A stretch of DNA of 63,734 nt, the filler included, from Octopus bimaculoides (lineage: Eukaryota), in assembly GCF_001194135.2 (NCBI RefSeq). It is 5 parts of 5 records of this genome, joined end to end, with 100 filler letters (N's around TTAATTAATTAA, not from the genome) between each part and the next. Parts side by side here need not be neighbours in the genome. Positions count along the whole stretch, not along the records: positions 1 to 31,026 come from NC_069002.1; positions 31,127 to 49,583 come from NC_068983.1; 3 more parts are not named here. The stretch is one strand, 5' to 3'. The translations under genes and the position numbers were made by a program. Shown here in pieces: positions 24,463 to 37,299 of this stretch (its first letter is position 1; every line of letters starts with the position of its first letter). Under the pieces are notes generated by a model. That model ran no database searches. It saw nothing but the letters and a program-made list of their open reading frames with translations, and was not told where the DNA came from.

Positions 24463-25499
24463 TATTGAAATATTTCAAAGAGAATGTTTTATTCCTCATA
24501 ACGTCAAACAACTTTTTGGTCCACCTTTGTAGCTGTCAGTTACTGTTGCTGTTTTGTCGACGTTTCAATTATTTGTGAGTTTTATGTGATATCCAAAATT
24601 GTAACATATTCTAAAATTTATTCTTGTTGTTAGTTCCGTCTTTAAAACTAATAATTTGTTGAATTATCTCCCCTGAGTTTTTCCTTTCAGTCTAAAATTC
24701 GTTTCGATTTTTTTCTAGAAATTTGCATGAAAGTAGAATTTACTGTTTTCTTTTTCTTTTCGTTTTTTTTTTTTGTTGCATTTTTATTTCACTTGTTAAT
24801 AAATGTCAACAAAATTACAAATTCTTAACCAACAAATTTAGATTGCAACCAATTCTTTTGAGACAGGGTAGTACAAAGAGGCGAAAATATCATGAGCAGA
24901 CGGTGTGAAGATGAAGGGTATAAAATACGACAAAATTCTAAACCAAGAGATCGATGATCGATGAAACGGAAGATATGCAAATTTGGAGAAGGAAAAATAG
25001 TTAACGGATTATGGAAATTATGCACTTATAACACTGTTGGGTCGTTCCGTACATGGCAAGCCCTGTGCAAGCAGTCATAGGATCGAATGTATTCCAGATA
25101 TGATTTATGTTACTGTCTTTTCAGACAATGTATTTTGGAAAACGGTTTTAAATTTTGAAGACCTTTTTTTAAGATAGTAACCTGCGATGTGAGGGAGATT
25201 AGGCTGTTCTTTCTTGCAGGTGGAGCAATCATGTAGAGGTACCCTCTTGGGTTCGATTAGCCAATAGTTGGATGTTCTTATTGTTGCTATGATATTGTTG
25301 TAGTTGGTGGTGGTGATTGAATAACACTGTTCTAGGTAGACGATATCAAATAAAACACGACGTTGTAAAAAGGGTCTTTATTTTTTTGTTTTTATTGCAG
25401 ATATTCTAGATTATATTGGGCCTGGTTTAATTAACTTATTTTAAAGTTTTAGTTAATTAAAGTAACTTAGATTCGTCACACTCCGCTAGACTATGAGAG

Positions 25500-25800
25500 A
25501 CACTCTAGGCGATTGCACATCTCGACTAAATAGCAATATCGTCCTACTCATAATACACTGAGCCATCTTTAAAATGCGATGATATTGTCCAGTATACGTT
25601 ATCTTACTGAAAAGCCGTATTGCCATGGCCGGAACGCCGTTGATTATAGGTTCTGCTGAACCCATAATTCCACCACAACCTCCAGTTTTTATTGCACTGC
25701 AATGACGTGTGTATGTCAATGACTATGAGAGTTCTGCCAATAGACCTCAAACACCTCATAGGTCTTTCCATGCAAGAGAGAGCAAGGGTCATAGGTCAGA
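25500..25800 (-). mobile_element. Very old LINE RT remnant (I/Nimb/Jockey-like)
   Basis: The minus frame reads ...WVQQNL*STAFRPWQYGFSVR*RILDNIIAF*..., resembling 'L...Q.GFR..RST.DNI..L'. Many stops. Confidence 0.35.
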
Positions 25801-27187
25801 CTAGTAGACATAAGAATGGGTTTGCATAAGACCAGCAACCCTAACGAAGAAAAAGTTCTTCAGTTCGTTTACCGAAATGTAGCAGCATTACTGTGAATAT
25901 GTTTACCAAGCTTTGTAACGATATGGGAAAACATGCACGACATTTTGTGAAAGCATATTGTTTTCAGTATTTAATGAAAATAAATAAATAAAGCGATAAA
26001 TAAATAAATAATCGTGATAAACTACATATATGAATAAATAAATGAAAATAAAATATCAGAACAAATAAATAAAGATATAAAATAAAATAAACAAACTTAG
26101 ACCCCCAACACAAACCAGGAACAAAAATAAATTTGATGAAGACAATGTTAAAATAAGATGTTAAAGGAAAATTGAATTTTCAAAGAATTCGAAAGATGGG
26201 TTTAAAGATAATGGAATAAAGCTTTGCTGATTGAAATATATTGATCTTGGTTTATAAGCAATATTAATATGTGTCTGTCTTTCTCGATATATATNNNNNN
26301 NNNNNNNNNNNNNNNNNNNNNNNNNNNNNNNNNNNNNNNNNNNNNNNNNNNNNNNNNNNNNNNNNNNNNNNNNNNNNNNNNNNNNNNNNNNNNNNNNNNN
26401 NNNNNNNNNNNNNNNNNNNNNNNNNNNNNNNNNNNNNNNNNNNNNNNNNNNNNNNNNNNNNNNNNNNNNNNNNNNNNNNNNNNNNNNNNNNNNNNNNNNN
26501 NNNNNNNNNNNNNNNNNNNNNNNNNNNNNNNNNNNNNNNNNNNNNNNNNNNNNNNNNNNNNNNNNNNNNNNNNNNNNNNNNNNNNNNNNNNNNNNNNNNN
26601 NNNNNNNNNNNNNNNNNNNNNNNNNNNNNNNNNNNNNNNNNNNNNNNNNNNNNNNNNNNNNNNNATATATACAGATACATACACACACATACATATAGTG
26701 ATGCCATTTTGTAGAATGTTGCCAACACCGAGCAATCACACGAGTTGCACACCCAATAACCTATAATACTTATACATTTTCCAAATATTGGTAAAAATCT
26801 GAAACAATTACAATCACAGGTACCACGCAAGCACCATTTCCTTGTTCATGTTAAATGAAATACTATAGAACTAACAACTTCGTCATTTCCTTTGTGTTAA
26901 ATGGAATACCGTAGAACTAACAACTACACGAAACCGACAGAATTCTATTACACACGCAAGCACCCAAGCACACCCGCCCACATACATACATACACACACG
27001 CACTTGCTCATATACACATCCTTGTTTGGTATATGTAGGTGTTATTCGTAATAGCATTTGTATTCTTAATTTATTTGTACTTATATTTTGAAACCTAACT
27101 ATGACAAACGTTATCGGTTCCAGGATTTATATTGGAAATAGTTATATAATATCGATTTTTAGTTTGTCGAAACTAGCTATAGATATC

Positions 27188-27391
27188 GGTTTCGAATTTT
27201 GACGTAAGACCAATAATTTCGTGTGAGGGAGTAACTCGATTATATTGACCCCAGTACTCAATGTAATCATCCTCGAAATGATGAAATGTGAATTCCACCT
27301 CGGCGGAATTTAAATTCAGAACATAAAGACGGAAGAAATGCCGCAAATAATTTTGTCCGGCTTGCTAATGATTCTGCCAGATTGCTGCTTT
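27188..27391 (-). mobile_element. SINE family C
   Basis: Reverse complement of the family C body: CCTCGGCGGAATTTAAATTCAGAACATAAAGACGG...GCTAATGATTCTGCCAG. Confidence 0.75.
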
Positions 27392-27494
27392 AAAGAGGTT
27401 ATAAATATCGAGCGGACAAGACGATAGGATGTGCTGCACAAGAATACTGAGTTCGAATCTGACCTACACTATGAATTTGTCCTGGTTAATTAAC

Positions 27495-27660
27495 TGGCAC
27501 TTCGTCGGTTACGAGTGAGGTTTCCAGCTGACCCGATCAATGGAACAGCCGCTCGTGAAATTAATGCGTTAGTGGCTGAGAACTCTACAGATATACGTGT
27601 ACCTTTAGCGTAGTTCTCAGGGAGATTGAAAGTGAAAGAGAGTGTGACAAAGCTGGTGAA
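27495..27660 (-). mobile_element. SINE family A, 3' part
   Basis: TGGCACTTCGTCGGTTACG...CTCGTGAAATTAATG...GTAGTTCTCAGGGAGATT matches the reverse complement of 1262-1408. Confidence 0.8.
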
Positions 27661-28449
27661 ACACTGGAGTCGACGTAACCCCGCTATGATAATGCTGACC
27701 TTGTGCCAAAATTTGAAACCATTATTAGAAAGAATTATTTTTATTGGCTTTATTCCATTATCTCAGGCATTATTCTGCCCTTAACGTTTGTATATTAATA
27801 GAAGAGTATTTATAAATTGAAGGATTTAATTTAATACACCAACATAGACGTACATATGTGTGCTCGTGGTTGTCTGCATGTGTGTGTACGTGTGTATGTG
27901 TATGTGTGGGGGGTGTTTGTGTGTGTCTTTATGTGTGTATGTTTGTGTGTATGTGTGTGTATCTGTTTACGTGTGTGTTTGTGTAAATATGTGTGTATGT
28001 GTATGCGTGTGTGTGTGTGTGTGTATGTGCGTCCGTCCGTGTGTTTAGAATACCAAAATGACAGTGTACTTTACTTTCGCCAAGCGGATGATGGTGGCTC
28101 TGATTAGATCATTACAACGAAGGAAAATACTTGGATTTATAGGGTTAGGAAATTAATGGAAACTTCTTATTCTGTGGCGGCGGCGGCGGCGGCGGCGATG
28201 GTGGTGGTGGTGGTGGTGTGTGTGTGTGCAGGTGTTAGTAGTGATGGTGGTCTTTGTGGCCGTTGTTGTGATAGTCTTTGTGGTGGTGGTGATGGTGGTG
28301 GTAAGATAATTGTATTTCAGAATCTATTATCCCTTTGCTTGCTATTGTCATTGAAACTGCGGCCATGCTGGTGCACAACCTTGAAGAGTTTTAATTGAAC
28401 AAATCGAATGGAATACCTATTTGTTATTAATTATTCTATTCATGTCATT

Positions 28450-28675
28450 TACCGAACCACTAATTTAGTATCGCATGTTCAGTCCATCAGCACTTCTCGC
28501 TGTCACCTCTTCTGTATATGTTGGCTCTGAAGCCACTGCTGTGGAAGTTGGAACACTGAAGAAGCCTCACTTTCGAAATTGGACTCGGGAGGGTAGTGTC
28601 GGCGTACACGGACGACGTCACCATCATGATGTCGGACGCTTCCAAGGTGGAGTCAGTCGGCTCCATTGTAAGTCG
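28450..28675 (+). mobile_element. Tx1/L1-type LINE reverse transcriptase fragment
   Basis: The frame from 28479 reads SVHQHFSLSPLLYMLALKPLLWKLEH*RSLTFEIGLGRVVSAYTDDVTIMMSD. This is RT motif B (QG.PLSPLLY.LA.EP) and motif C (YADD, here YTDD). Confidence 0.85.
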
Positions 28676-28804
28676 GCTCCATAAATATTCATTCACATTT
28701 CATTACAAAGCATTTTTCTTTTTTCTTTCTATTGTCTTCACATTGTATACCTACCAACATATTTGTAAATAAACATATTTTCTCACAAGGGCTGGTGACC
28801 TTTC

Positions 28805-28985
28805 ACAGATGTCAATTTTAGGAAGTAGATTCCGCAGAGTTTCCGTTTACCAAATTCACTCATTAGGCATTGCACAACCCGGAGCTACAGCAGATGACTT
28901 GTCTAGAGTACTAAACTGTGGGACTGAGGCCGAAACTAAGTGGTTAGAAAGCAAGTTTCTTTATCAGACAGACATGCGTTTGCTT
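28805..28985 (-). mobile_element. SINE family B 5' part (diverged)
   Basis: TTTCCGTTTACCAAATTCACTCA...CTGTGGGACTGAGGCCGAAAC.AAGTGGTT aligns to the reverse complement of family B. Confidence 0.6.
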
Positions 28986-31026
28986 ATGTATACAGCAAAA
29001 TATTAGAAAGAAAATAAATCTATGCAATGAACGTTTTCCTGAGAATCAGTTTATGTGTAAATAAGTATGTGTCTGTATTGGTGGGTATGTTGGAATACAT
29101 TTCTTAATAGATATTTTAGATGTAAACAGACATAGATAATTAAACACACACATACACGCGCATATATANNNNNNNNNNNNNNNNNNNNNNNNNNNNNNNN
29201 NNNNNNNNNNNNNNNNNNNNNNNNNNNNNNNNNNNNNNNNNNNNNNNNNNNNNNNNNNNNNNNNNNNNNNNNNNNNNNNNNNNNNNNNNNNNNNNNNNNN
29301 NNNNNNNNNNNNNNNNNNNNNNNNNNNNNNNNNNNNNNNNNNNNNNNNNNNNNNNNNNNNNNNNNNNNNNNNNNNNNNNNNNNNNNNNNNNNNNNNNNNN
29401 NNNNNNNNNNNNNNNNNNNNNNNNNNNNNNNNNNNNNNNNNNNNNNNNNNNNNNNNNNNNNNNNNNNNNNNNNNNNNNNNNNNNNNNNNNNNNNNNNNNN
29501 NNNNNNNNNNNNNNNNNNNNNNNNNNNNNNNNNNNNNNNNNNNNNNNNNNNNNNNNNNNNNNNNNNNNNNNNNNNNNNNNNNNNNNNNNNNNNNNNNNNN
29601 NNNNNNNNNNNNNNNNNNNNNNNNNNNNNNNNNNNNNNNNNNNNNNATATATATATCTTTGATGCTTTACGCAATACACGTTCCGTCATGCAACAGTGAT
29701 GTTTCTTCTGCAATATCTCTTTGAAGATTTTGGAAATAAACCAGATGGTGCTATAATGTATTCATTTTGATGATATTGATAACATCTAACAGAAGATGTT
29801 TCTTCGTCATTCACCTTCGGTGAATGTAGCTTTGACGAAAAGGGATTGATGTCAGACGGTATCCAACGATCAATAGGTTTTTTTGACCCTAAACCGTAAT
29901 AGCGATCCCCCGTTGCTGGGTCAGCTGAGGTGGTCAAATCACTGCTTATCATCTCCTCCTGGATTCCTGTTTAACTCCTCTTTCTCTCTCTTTCTCCTCC
30001 ATAACCAACCAGAGACTATTTTTGCTGTTTCTTCATTCCTGCGCACATCTATCTTTTACTCTTTTCCTGTTATTCCAACAGCTGTAAGTATTCTCTATAC
30101 TAAACAGTGTTACCAATATATTCTTTCAGCACAATTCCTTAGAATAAAAGCTATTTTTATAATATATATGATATTGATAATTATCAAGGGAAAAATCATT
30201 CTGCTCATTTAACACTTTGCCTTTCAAATTCATTTTGTGTCGTATTTTCATTTGTACGAGCGGTTTCATTTACTTTTCTTCACGACAGCTTAAATCACCA
30301 TGCTCTCCAACACCGTTGATTGTTCATAAATACGTCTGTTTAGGATAAGCATCCTGTTTATGTATACACATGTAATATAAGACGGTGGTGCCTATATGTC
30401 TATTTATTTTATCTGGTGTGTGTAGCTGCAGTCATAGCCTGTTTATTAAAAGACAAAATAAAATAAGGATTCTGAGCCAAATCGGTTCGCTTTCTCTTAG
30501 AAAACAATAATTTTTATTGTGAAACACAATATAGTATTGCTCAAAGATTTTTATCCGCAATATATCATTATGTGTGTATATAGAAACACACACACAAACA
30601 TATACATTTATAAATTCATAAATAAATAAGTAAATATATATTTGTATATATAATATATATACAAGTATATATATAAGTATACATATAAATATAAGTATAA
30701 ATATATAAATATATATATGTGTATTTGTATGTATATCTTTTTATATATATATATATATATAATATTTATGGGAGGAACGCATATGCGCTCTGTTTGTGTG
30801 TGTGTATATGTTTATGAGAGGAGTGTACAGGGGCTATGTGCTTGCGTTGGGAGGGGAGTGGGGGGCAAGGGGGGCGGTATTGCCGATAAATAGCCTTGTG
30901 CAATTGAATAAAGTGTTTCAGAAAAATAATTAAGGTTTTCCAACAGATACGAAGCCTTTGGGATATGAATCATTATATATATACATTTTTTCTATATTTT
31001 TCTCTATTTCAATACTTTTTCTATCT

Positions 31027-31126
31027 NNNNNNNNNNNNNNNNNNNNNNNNNNNNNNNNNNNNNNNNNNNNTTAATTAATTAANNNNNNNNNNNNNNNNNN
31101 NNNNNNNNNNNNNNNNNNNNNNNNNN
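31027..31126. other. Artificial scaffold linker (44 N + TTAATTAATTAA + 44 N)
   Basis: An identical 100-bp cassette occurs at 49584-49683, 55301-55400 and 62179-62278. The 12-mer has stop codons in all six frames. Confidence 0.9.
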
Positions 31127-31339
31127 ATATATATATATAAATATATACATATTATGTATATATGTAAATATTTTTTCAGAATGAGATAAAAAAACAAGGT
31201 TGTGAAGATGTGAGAACATTTATAAGTAGAAGGTCTTACATCTATTTCCAGGATATTTCTTATATCCCTTCATCGGACACGGTGTGAGAAAATGGTTAAG
31301 CAACAGTTTATTTAGATAAGATACGAAATAGAGAGTGAA

Positions 31340-31853
31340 GTGAAGGAATGAAAGTACATGTGATCATCTGGGGCTTTGACTTCCTCACAAAAAAGGCGTT
31401 AGAGCACCGAAAGCTGAATTTAGTAGCATTTAGGTGGGACAAACGAAAGTGGCCAATGATCGACATGACAGTGCCAGGAGTTCGACATATTATCATGAAA
31501 GAAATAAAAAAAAAATCGACAGATATGTAGCCCTGATAATTTAAGTCACCAAGAAGTGAAAGCTACGAGAGTCAAACATAAAGTTTGCTCTTGATGTCAT
31601 CGGAGAATTGGGTTCAATACCGCTCAATCTGAAGCATCATCTGGATACATAAGAAGTAGTCTACAATTTTGGTGCATTGCAAAAATCGCCTTTAGTTGGA
31701 ACTGCACGCATAGTGCGTAAAGTATTGTCTGTCTGATGTCTTGTAGTGACTTGAAAGACTATATAAACCCTCGGTGCACTCTGTATCTTCAATGTACAAT
31801 ATTACAATATCGTATAATGTGCGACGTGGTTACGTGGTTAATAATAATAATAA
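31340..31853 (+). mobile_element. R4/Dong-clade 3' fragment (REL endonuclease, 3' UTR, (TAA)n tail)
   Basis: IIWGFDFLTKKALEHRK...WPMIDMTVPG...KE...VIGELGSIP...ALQKSPLVGTARIVRKVLSV* (stop at 31734-31736). It ends in TAATAATAATAATAA at 31839-31853. Confidence 0.85.
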
Positions 31854-33988
31854 TTGTTATATTAATACAATCATATTTTCAAATTTTGATTGGGTTTTTG
31901 CATCATTTACAAATGCATATTCTTTGCGGTTGTAGAATCATATTTGTTTCATATATCTGTTTATTAAATACTTATTTTCCACATAGTAATTTTGAAAATC
32001 ATAATAAGTACTGGGGTTTTATGTGAGATACATTATTGTAAGAATGTCCAATGTATATAAAAATTTATTGAGATTTTATTGGATATTCATTGCGTAGAGA
32101 GTTTATATTATTATTACTTATTAGGTGACGTGTTACTATAGGAATATATTGTTACAGGTGTTCAGAAAGCGTACTTTCTCAAGTGTACTGCATGAATTGC
32201 ATTTTTTTAATTGAAAATGAGTAGGCTTAGTGTAGAAACCTTTCGATTGTGTGTAAGTGATCAAGTTTGTTTTCTATTTCTGGTTTTTTTTTTTAGTTAT
32301 TCATATTCTTTTTATTATCCCTAGTAATCCATTCAGATTCAATGATTCGTTTCGTATTTTAAGAAATTCCTAACTACATTCCGGCAACAGACGGTGATTG
32401 ACTGTAGGAATTCAGTTCTCTTCAATAGTAGTTATCTGCATGTGTACCAACAATAAAATTATTTATCTCTTTAGGTTTATAAAAACTTTTATGCATAACC
32501 AGGTGCATCTCGATATTCACGAGGGTAACTGTCGCTACGAACTGTCTCTATGAGTTATAAAGACAACAATTGTCAAACAGACAAAAGGGCAAAGATGTGG
32601 GCGAGAGAGAAGGAGAGATGAAGTGTATGGGCTCGAAGTGCAGCAGCAACGCCAATGTTTAGTTTCAAGTAGCCTTATGATGATATATTTCGATCTTACC
32701 TTTGTTTTCAAAGCTTTGGGTCTTTCTTTTTGTACAATTGTAGCATTTTTCTTGAATGATATGTGGTTGCTCTTACATCAAGGTTGAGTGACCACATACA
32801 ATGTGTAGTTTTGTAGACGTTTCTGCTATTGTTAAGCTTCGGATTTGTAAAGTACTAAATTATTTTCTCGGCCCCAGTTTTACAGTACAAAAGTAAATGT
32901 GTTACTAGCTTTAGTAAGATTCTTCTAGATTTCCAATGACAAATTTGATATTGATTCTTCAGGAACTGACAAAATGCTGTGAGTGCATATTGTATCCTAG
33001 AGCGTACGAACTATATGTATGTTTGCAAAAAATCTAATATATCTTTGATGCTAAAAACATGGCCTTGAGAAATTCTGAAAATGAAATTCACACAAACTTC
33101 ACACTGTTCTGATTACCAGTTGGTAATACAGGTTCATCGCGTATAAATGTATTACATTGTCTTTAAACGAACGAACAATCCTCATCACATCCTAGCATTA
33201 AAGAATTTACCTCATACATGACATAAAATCAACATTATATAAACCCTTCTAAATGTAATTTAATTATTAGCCTTGAAAATAATTGAGTTACTATTTAAAA
33301 TTTAATATCAGCAGAAAATGTAGCATCATCGTAACTAGGGCTGTCTAACAATTTTTTAACTTTTCTACGAATGAAGAAATAGTCGTGAAAAATTGCAGAC
33401 ATGTATTTCATATTGATATGAATTGTAACATTCAATCTTATCAAAACATGTCTATGTTGCAAACGTAATTTTTCTGATAGACTATTAATATTCTATTCTC
33501 GAGAAAATATGACATACACGCCAATAGAAAAATTTAGCAGAGCGGGTTGTAAACAAAAATTCCTAATTTTCTTTTAGTTATAAGAGATGTTAACAGTCAC
33601 AATTAACCACCGATTATAAGGTAATGCAATTTCTAACAATGATCTGCATGTTTTTCATGTAATTCACAGTAGTAGGAACATTTACCATCTTCAATATAAT
33701 TAATAAATCTAATATTTTCCTTTTCTTCCTTAAGAACGGTTCTCATATGCTATTCATATCTACAATCGATTTGAAAAAACGGAAACCACCTTCCCCTATG
33801 TGATGAAGTAAAAATAATAGACCGAGAACATTATTGGAAAATACGGAAACAAACAGAAGCAGCACATGTGCTAGGATACCACAACCTCCTAAGCATGCCG
33901 AGTGCAAATATGAATAGTATATAGGAACCAGTATTAAGGAAGGTTAGGAATATATAAAATTTATAAGCCCTAATATTCACTTCATAAT

Positions 33989-34066
33989 TGCCCACGGGCA
34001 TATGACGTAGTGGTTAAGAGTGCGGGCTACTAATCCCAAGATCCCGACTTAGATTCCAGGCATTGA

Positions 34067-34135
<69 letters not shown>

Positions 34136-34145
34136 TAATAATAAT
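33989..34145 (+). mobile_element. SINE family D head with expanded (AAT)n
   Basis: TGCCCACGGGCATATGACGTAGTGGTTAAGAGTGCGGGCTACTAATCCCAAGATCCCG...ATTCCAGGCATTGACCTGAATAATAAT is the same head as 21365-21442. Confidence 0.8.
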
Positions 34146-34149
34146 AAAA

Positions 34150-34698
34150 ATAATGCTCGGATGCAGTAGCAGGCAGTGGCTCTCATGGCTTCTGATTTTA
34201 ATTGATTGGAAGTGTTATCATGTACATTGTTTTGTCTTGGTATAAAAAGATGGGCTACAGCAAATATTCTGCTCAATACCACATATTTCCTTGTCAGTTG
34301 TTTGACCTTAACCAGTTGAACATGTCCCTTGGTGGCTGACGATACGTGCATCTCCGATCACAAGCAGAAGTAGTGGGGGAGTATCATAGCCATGTGTTGA
34401 GAGGAATTCTTTGAGGTTTGAATAATTCACATTTGGAAACATGGGTGTTTTGCTCAACATCCTTAAAAAACCTTATTCAGGGACCTTTTGAGCCGGATGG
34501 GCTACTCAAGCCCAAGAAAATCCTAACTGGGCCCCACCTGCGAGGTCATGCGCTGTTTATCTTGATATGAGATCACCATCTTGCGCACATATGGTTGCAC
34601 ACATATACTGAGCTTCGTATATTTTACCCCAGTGTCACCTTGATGGCATGAACTGCTCTTCCACNNNNNNNNNNTGATGGCATGCACTGCTCTTCCAC

Positions 34699-34777
<79 letters not shown>
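34150..34777 (+). mobile_element. Non-coding interspersed element embedded between two (TAA)n tracts
   Basis: About 550 bp of non-coding, higher-complexity sequence bounded by (AAT)n at 34070-34145 and (TAA)n at 34701-34777. Recognised as a repeat-like insertion only from context. Confidence 0.45.
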
Positions 34778-34778
<1 letters not shown>

Positions 34779-35802
34779 TTCTACTATAGGCACAAAGAAT
34801 GAAATATTGGCGGAGAGAAATAGTGTTTTATCCACCCCGAATGGAAGCAAGCCATAATCGACCCCGGTTTTAAATCATGAGGAGAATGAGGATGGAAATG
34901 GTGAGAACGATGGTGTTAGTGATTACACTATTCTTGATGATATAGCTGGTAGCGGTTATGGTGATGACGGCGAAAGTATGATGTTGTTAGTGGTGAAAGA
35001 CTTGTTTATCTCTTTTCTCCAATTACCGAATTATCCGATATCTGCTGTCAGACTAATAATAAATGAAGAGAGATATTTCATACACTTAATCGGTGTAAAT
35101 CTCGCATCAGTACCAGGTATTTCTTTGTTTTCAGTGAAATTTACTGAACTGAGAAGAGCGATCTTTGTTATAAGAATCATTTGTCATATTTATATTAAAC
35201 GTTTTCAATTCACCCCTAGCACTAAATCTATTACCTACACTCTCTGCAATTTATTAAATCACAGTGTTGTTTGCCAAAGTAAATTTACAATTAAATTTCC
35301 AGACATGAAAACAATAAGTAGGAGCAGAAAGGAGAAAGTGAAAAATAGATTTAGGTGAAAGTAATAGACATAAGTGAGATTAGGTAAATGAGTGTGAGGG
35401 TGTATTAGTTCAGAGGTTAACGTTATTTAGATAATTTTGAAGTATGTTATAGCGTGTAAGGGTCAGAACACAAATCGTTATATTTTGCCGTAATAATGGA
35501 AAATACTAGGAGGATTTCAACTACGATGAATGAAGATGAACGAAGAATCTGCATTGGAGCAAATTGTGTAAAGAGATAAATTGTTACTCTATGGAAAAAC
35601 AATTTAAACGTGATTGATGTATATTTTGACTACTTGGTTGCAATGTCAGATATACGTAGAGTTAAAAGAAGCCGAAGCAGGTTTACAATATTTACCGTAC
35701 AGTTTAAGAGGTTATAGAGTCACACTTTAGACATTAATATGAAAAACTAATGCTATCATTCTCGTTACAGAAGTGGCAGAGTAGATGATAAGAAGTCATC
35801 CC

Positions 35803-35804
<2 letters not shown>

Positions 35805-35876
<72 letters not shown>

Positions 35877-35878
35877 TG

Positions 35879-35945
<67 letters not shown>
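35805..35945. repeat. (TAA)n/(TTA)n inverted microsatellite junction
   Basis: (TAA)n switches to (TTA)n at about 35877. Confidence 0.9.
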
Positions 35946-35946
<1 letters not shown>

Positions 35947-37299
35947 CAATGAATAAAAATTTTGAGAAGTGCATGGGACCAAATNNNNNNNNNNNNNNNN
36001 NNNNNNNNNNNNNNNNNNNNNNNNNNNNNNNNNNNNNNNNNNNNNNNNNNNNNNNNNNNNNNNNNNNNNNNNNNNNNNNNNNNNNNNNNNNNNNNNNNNN
36101 NNNNNNNNNNNNNNNNNNNNNNNNNNNNNNNNNNNNNNNNNNNNNNNNNNNNNNNNNNNNNNNNNNNNNNNNNNNNNNNNNNNNNNNNNNNNNNNNNNNN
36201 NNNNNNNNNNNNNNNNNNNNNNNNNNNNNNNNNNNNNNNNNNNNNNNNNNNNNNNNNNNNNNNNNNNNNNNNNNNNNNNNNNNNNNNNNNNNNNNNNNNN
36301 NNNNNNNNNNNNNNNNNNNNNNNNNNNNNNNNNNNNNNNNNNNNNNNNNNNNNNNNNNNNNNNNNNNNNNNNNNNNNNNNNNNNNNNNNNNNNNNNNNNN
36401 NNNNNNNNNNNNNNNNNNNNNNNNNNNNNNNNNNNNNNNNNNNNNNNNNNNNNNNNNNNNNNNNNNNNNNNNNNNNNNNNNNNNNNNNNNNNNNAAAAAG
36501 AAGATGGAGGAGGAGGAGAAATCGAAGGAGACGATGGTGGAGGAGAAGAAGAAGAAGAAGAAGAAGAAGAAGGAGAAGAAGAAGAAGAAGAAGAAGAACA
36601 AGAAGAACAACAACAACAACAACAACATCAACAACAAGAGCACTCCGCACTGAATAACAAAGCAGAATTCCATGCTGAATAGCACATGGATGTGCTATAC
36701 CAGGCACTCCATTCAAAAGCAAATGTAATCTAATAACATCGGTGGAATGGGATAAAGGAACCTGTGGAAGACTTGAAGGAAGGCTTTTAACGAAAATAAT
36801 CATGAAAACAAAACTTTAGTGCCATACAAAGTACAGTTTCTCCTATGCACAGTGTCTCAGTGAAAGGTGTGAAAAACATACGTCAAAGCAATAATGGAAA
36901 GTTTACAAATTATAAAATAGAAATGGAACAAAACAGTACGTACATAACTTAAGTAATTACGCATACACACGAATGTCTACACAATAATATATGCGTTTTA
37001 ATACCCATAGGACTGCACATACAACCCAATGTTTACACAACTTCGTAAAATTTACAGGACACACGTTCACGCATATGAAAACACGTGTCAGAAACGAAGC
37101 AAATCAAAACAAAAGTTTTTTTTTTTTCGAACTAACACAGACGGAGTCAACAATTCATAAGTTTAAAAACGCCACATAAGGTGTATGCCCGGAGATAAAT
37201 CTATCAACAACAGCAAAAAAAAAAAAGAATACAGACGAAGACAGATCTCTTAGCCTTAAGATGCTACGTTACGAGCAATGATTAGAGAACTCGGAGAAG

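Noticed and set aside
29686-29952. 88-aa minus-strand ORF as an endonuclease remnant
   Set aside because: No convincing APE motifs (no GDFN or SDH).
31071-31082. Repeated TTAATTAATTAA as a conserved element or homing-endonuclease site
   Set aside because: It is always centred in exactly 88 N, so it is an assembly linker.
32475-32524. Candidate 50-bp microexon (AG...G|GTAACT, FIKTFMHNQVHLDIHE)
   Set aside because: Splice-like motifs this weak arise by chance in 64 kb, and there are no partner exons.
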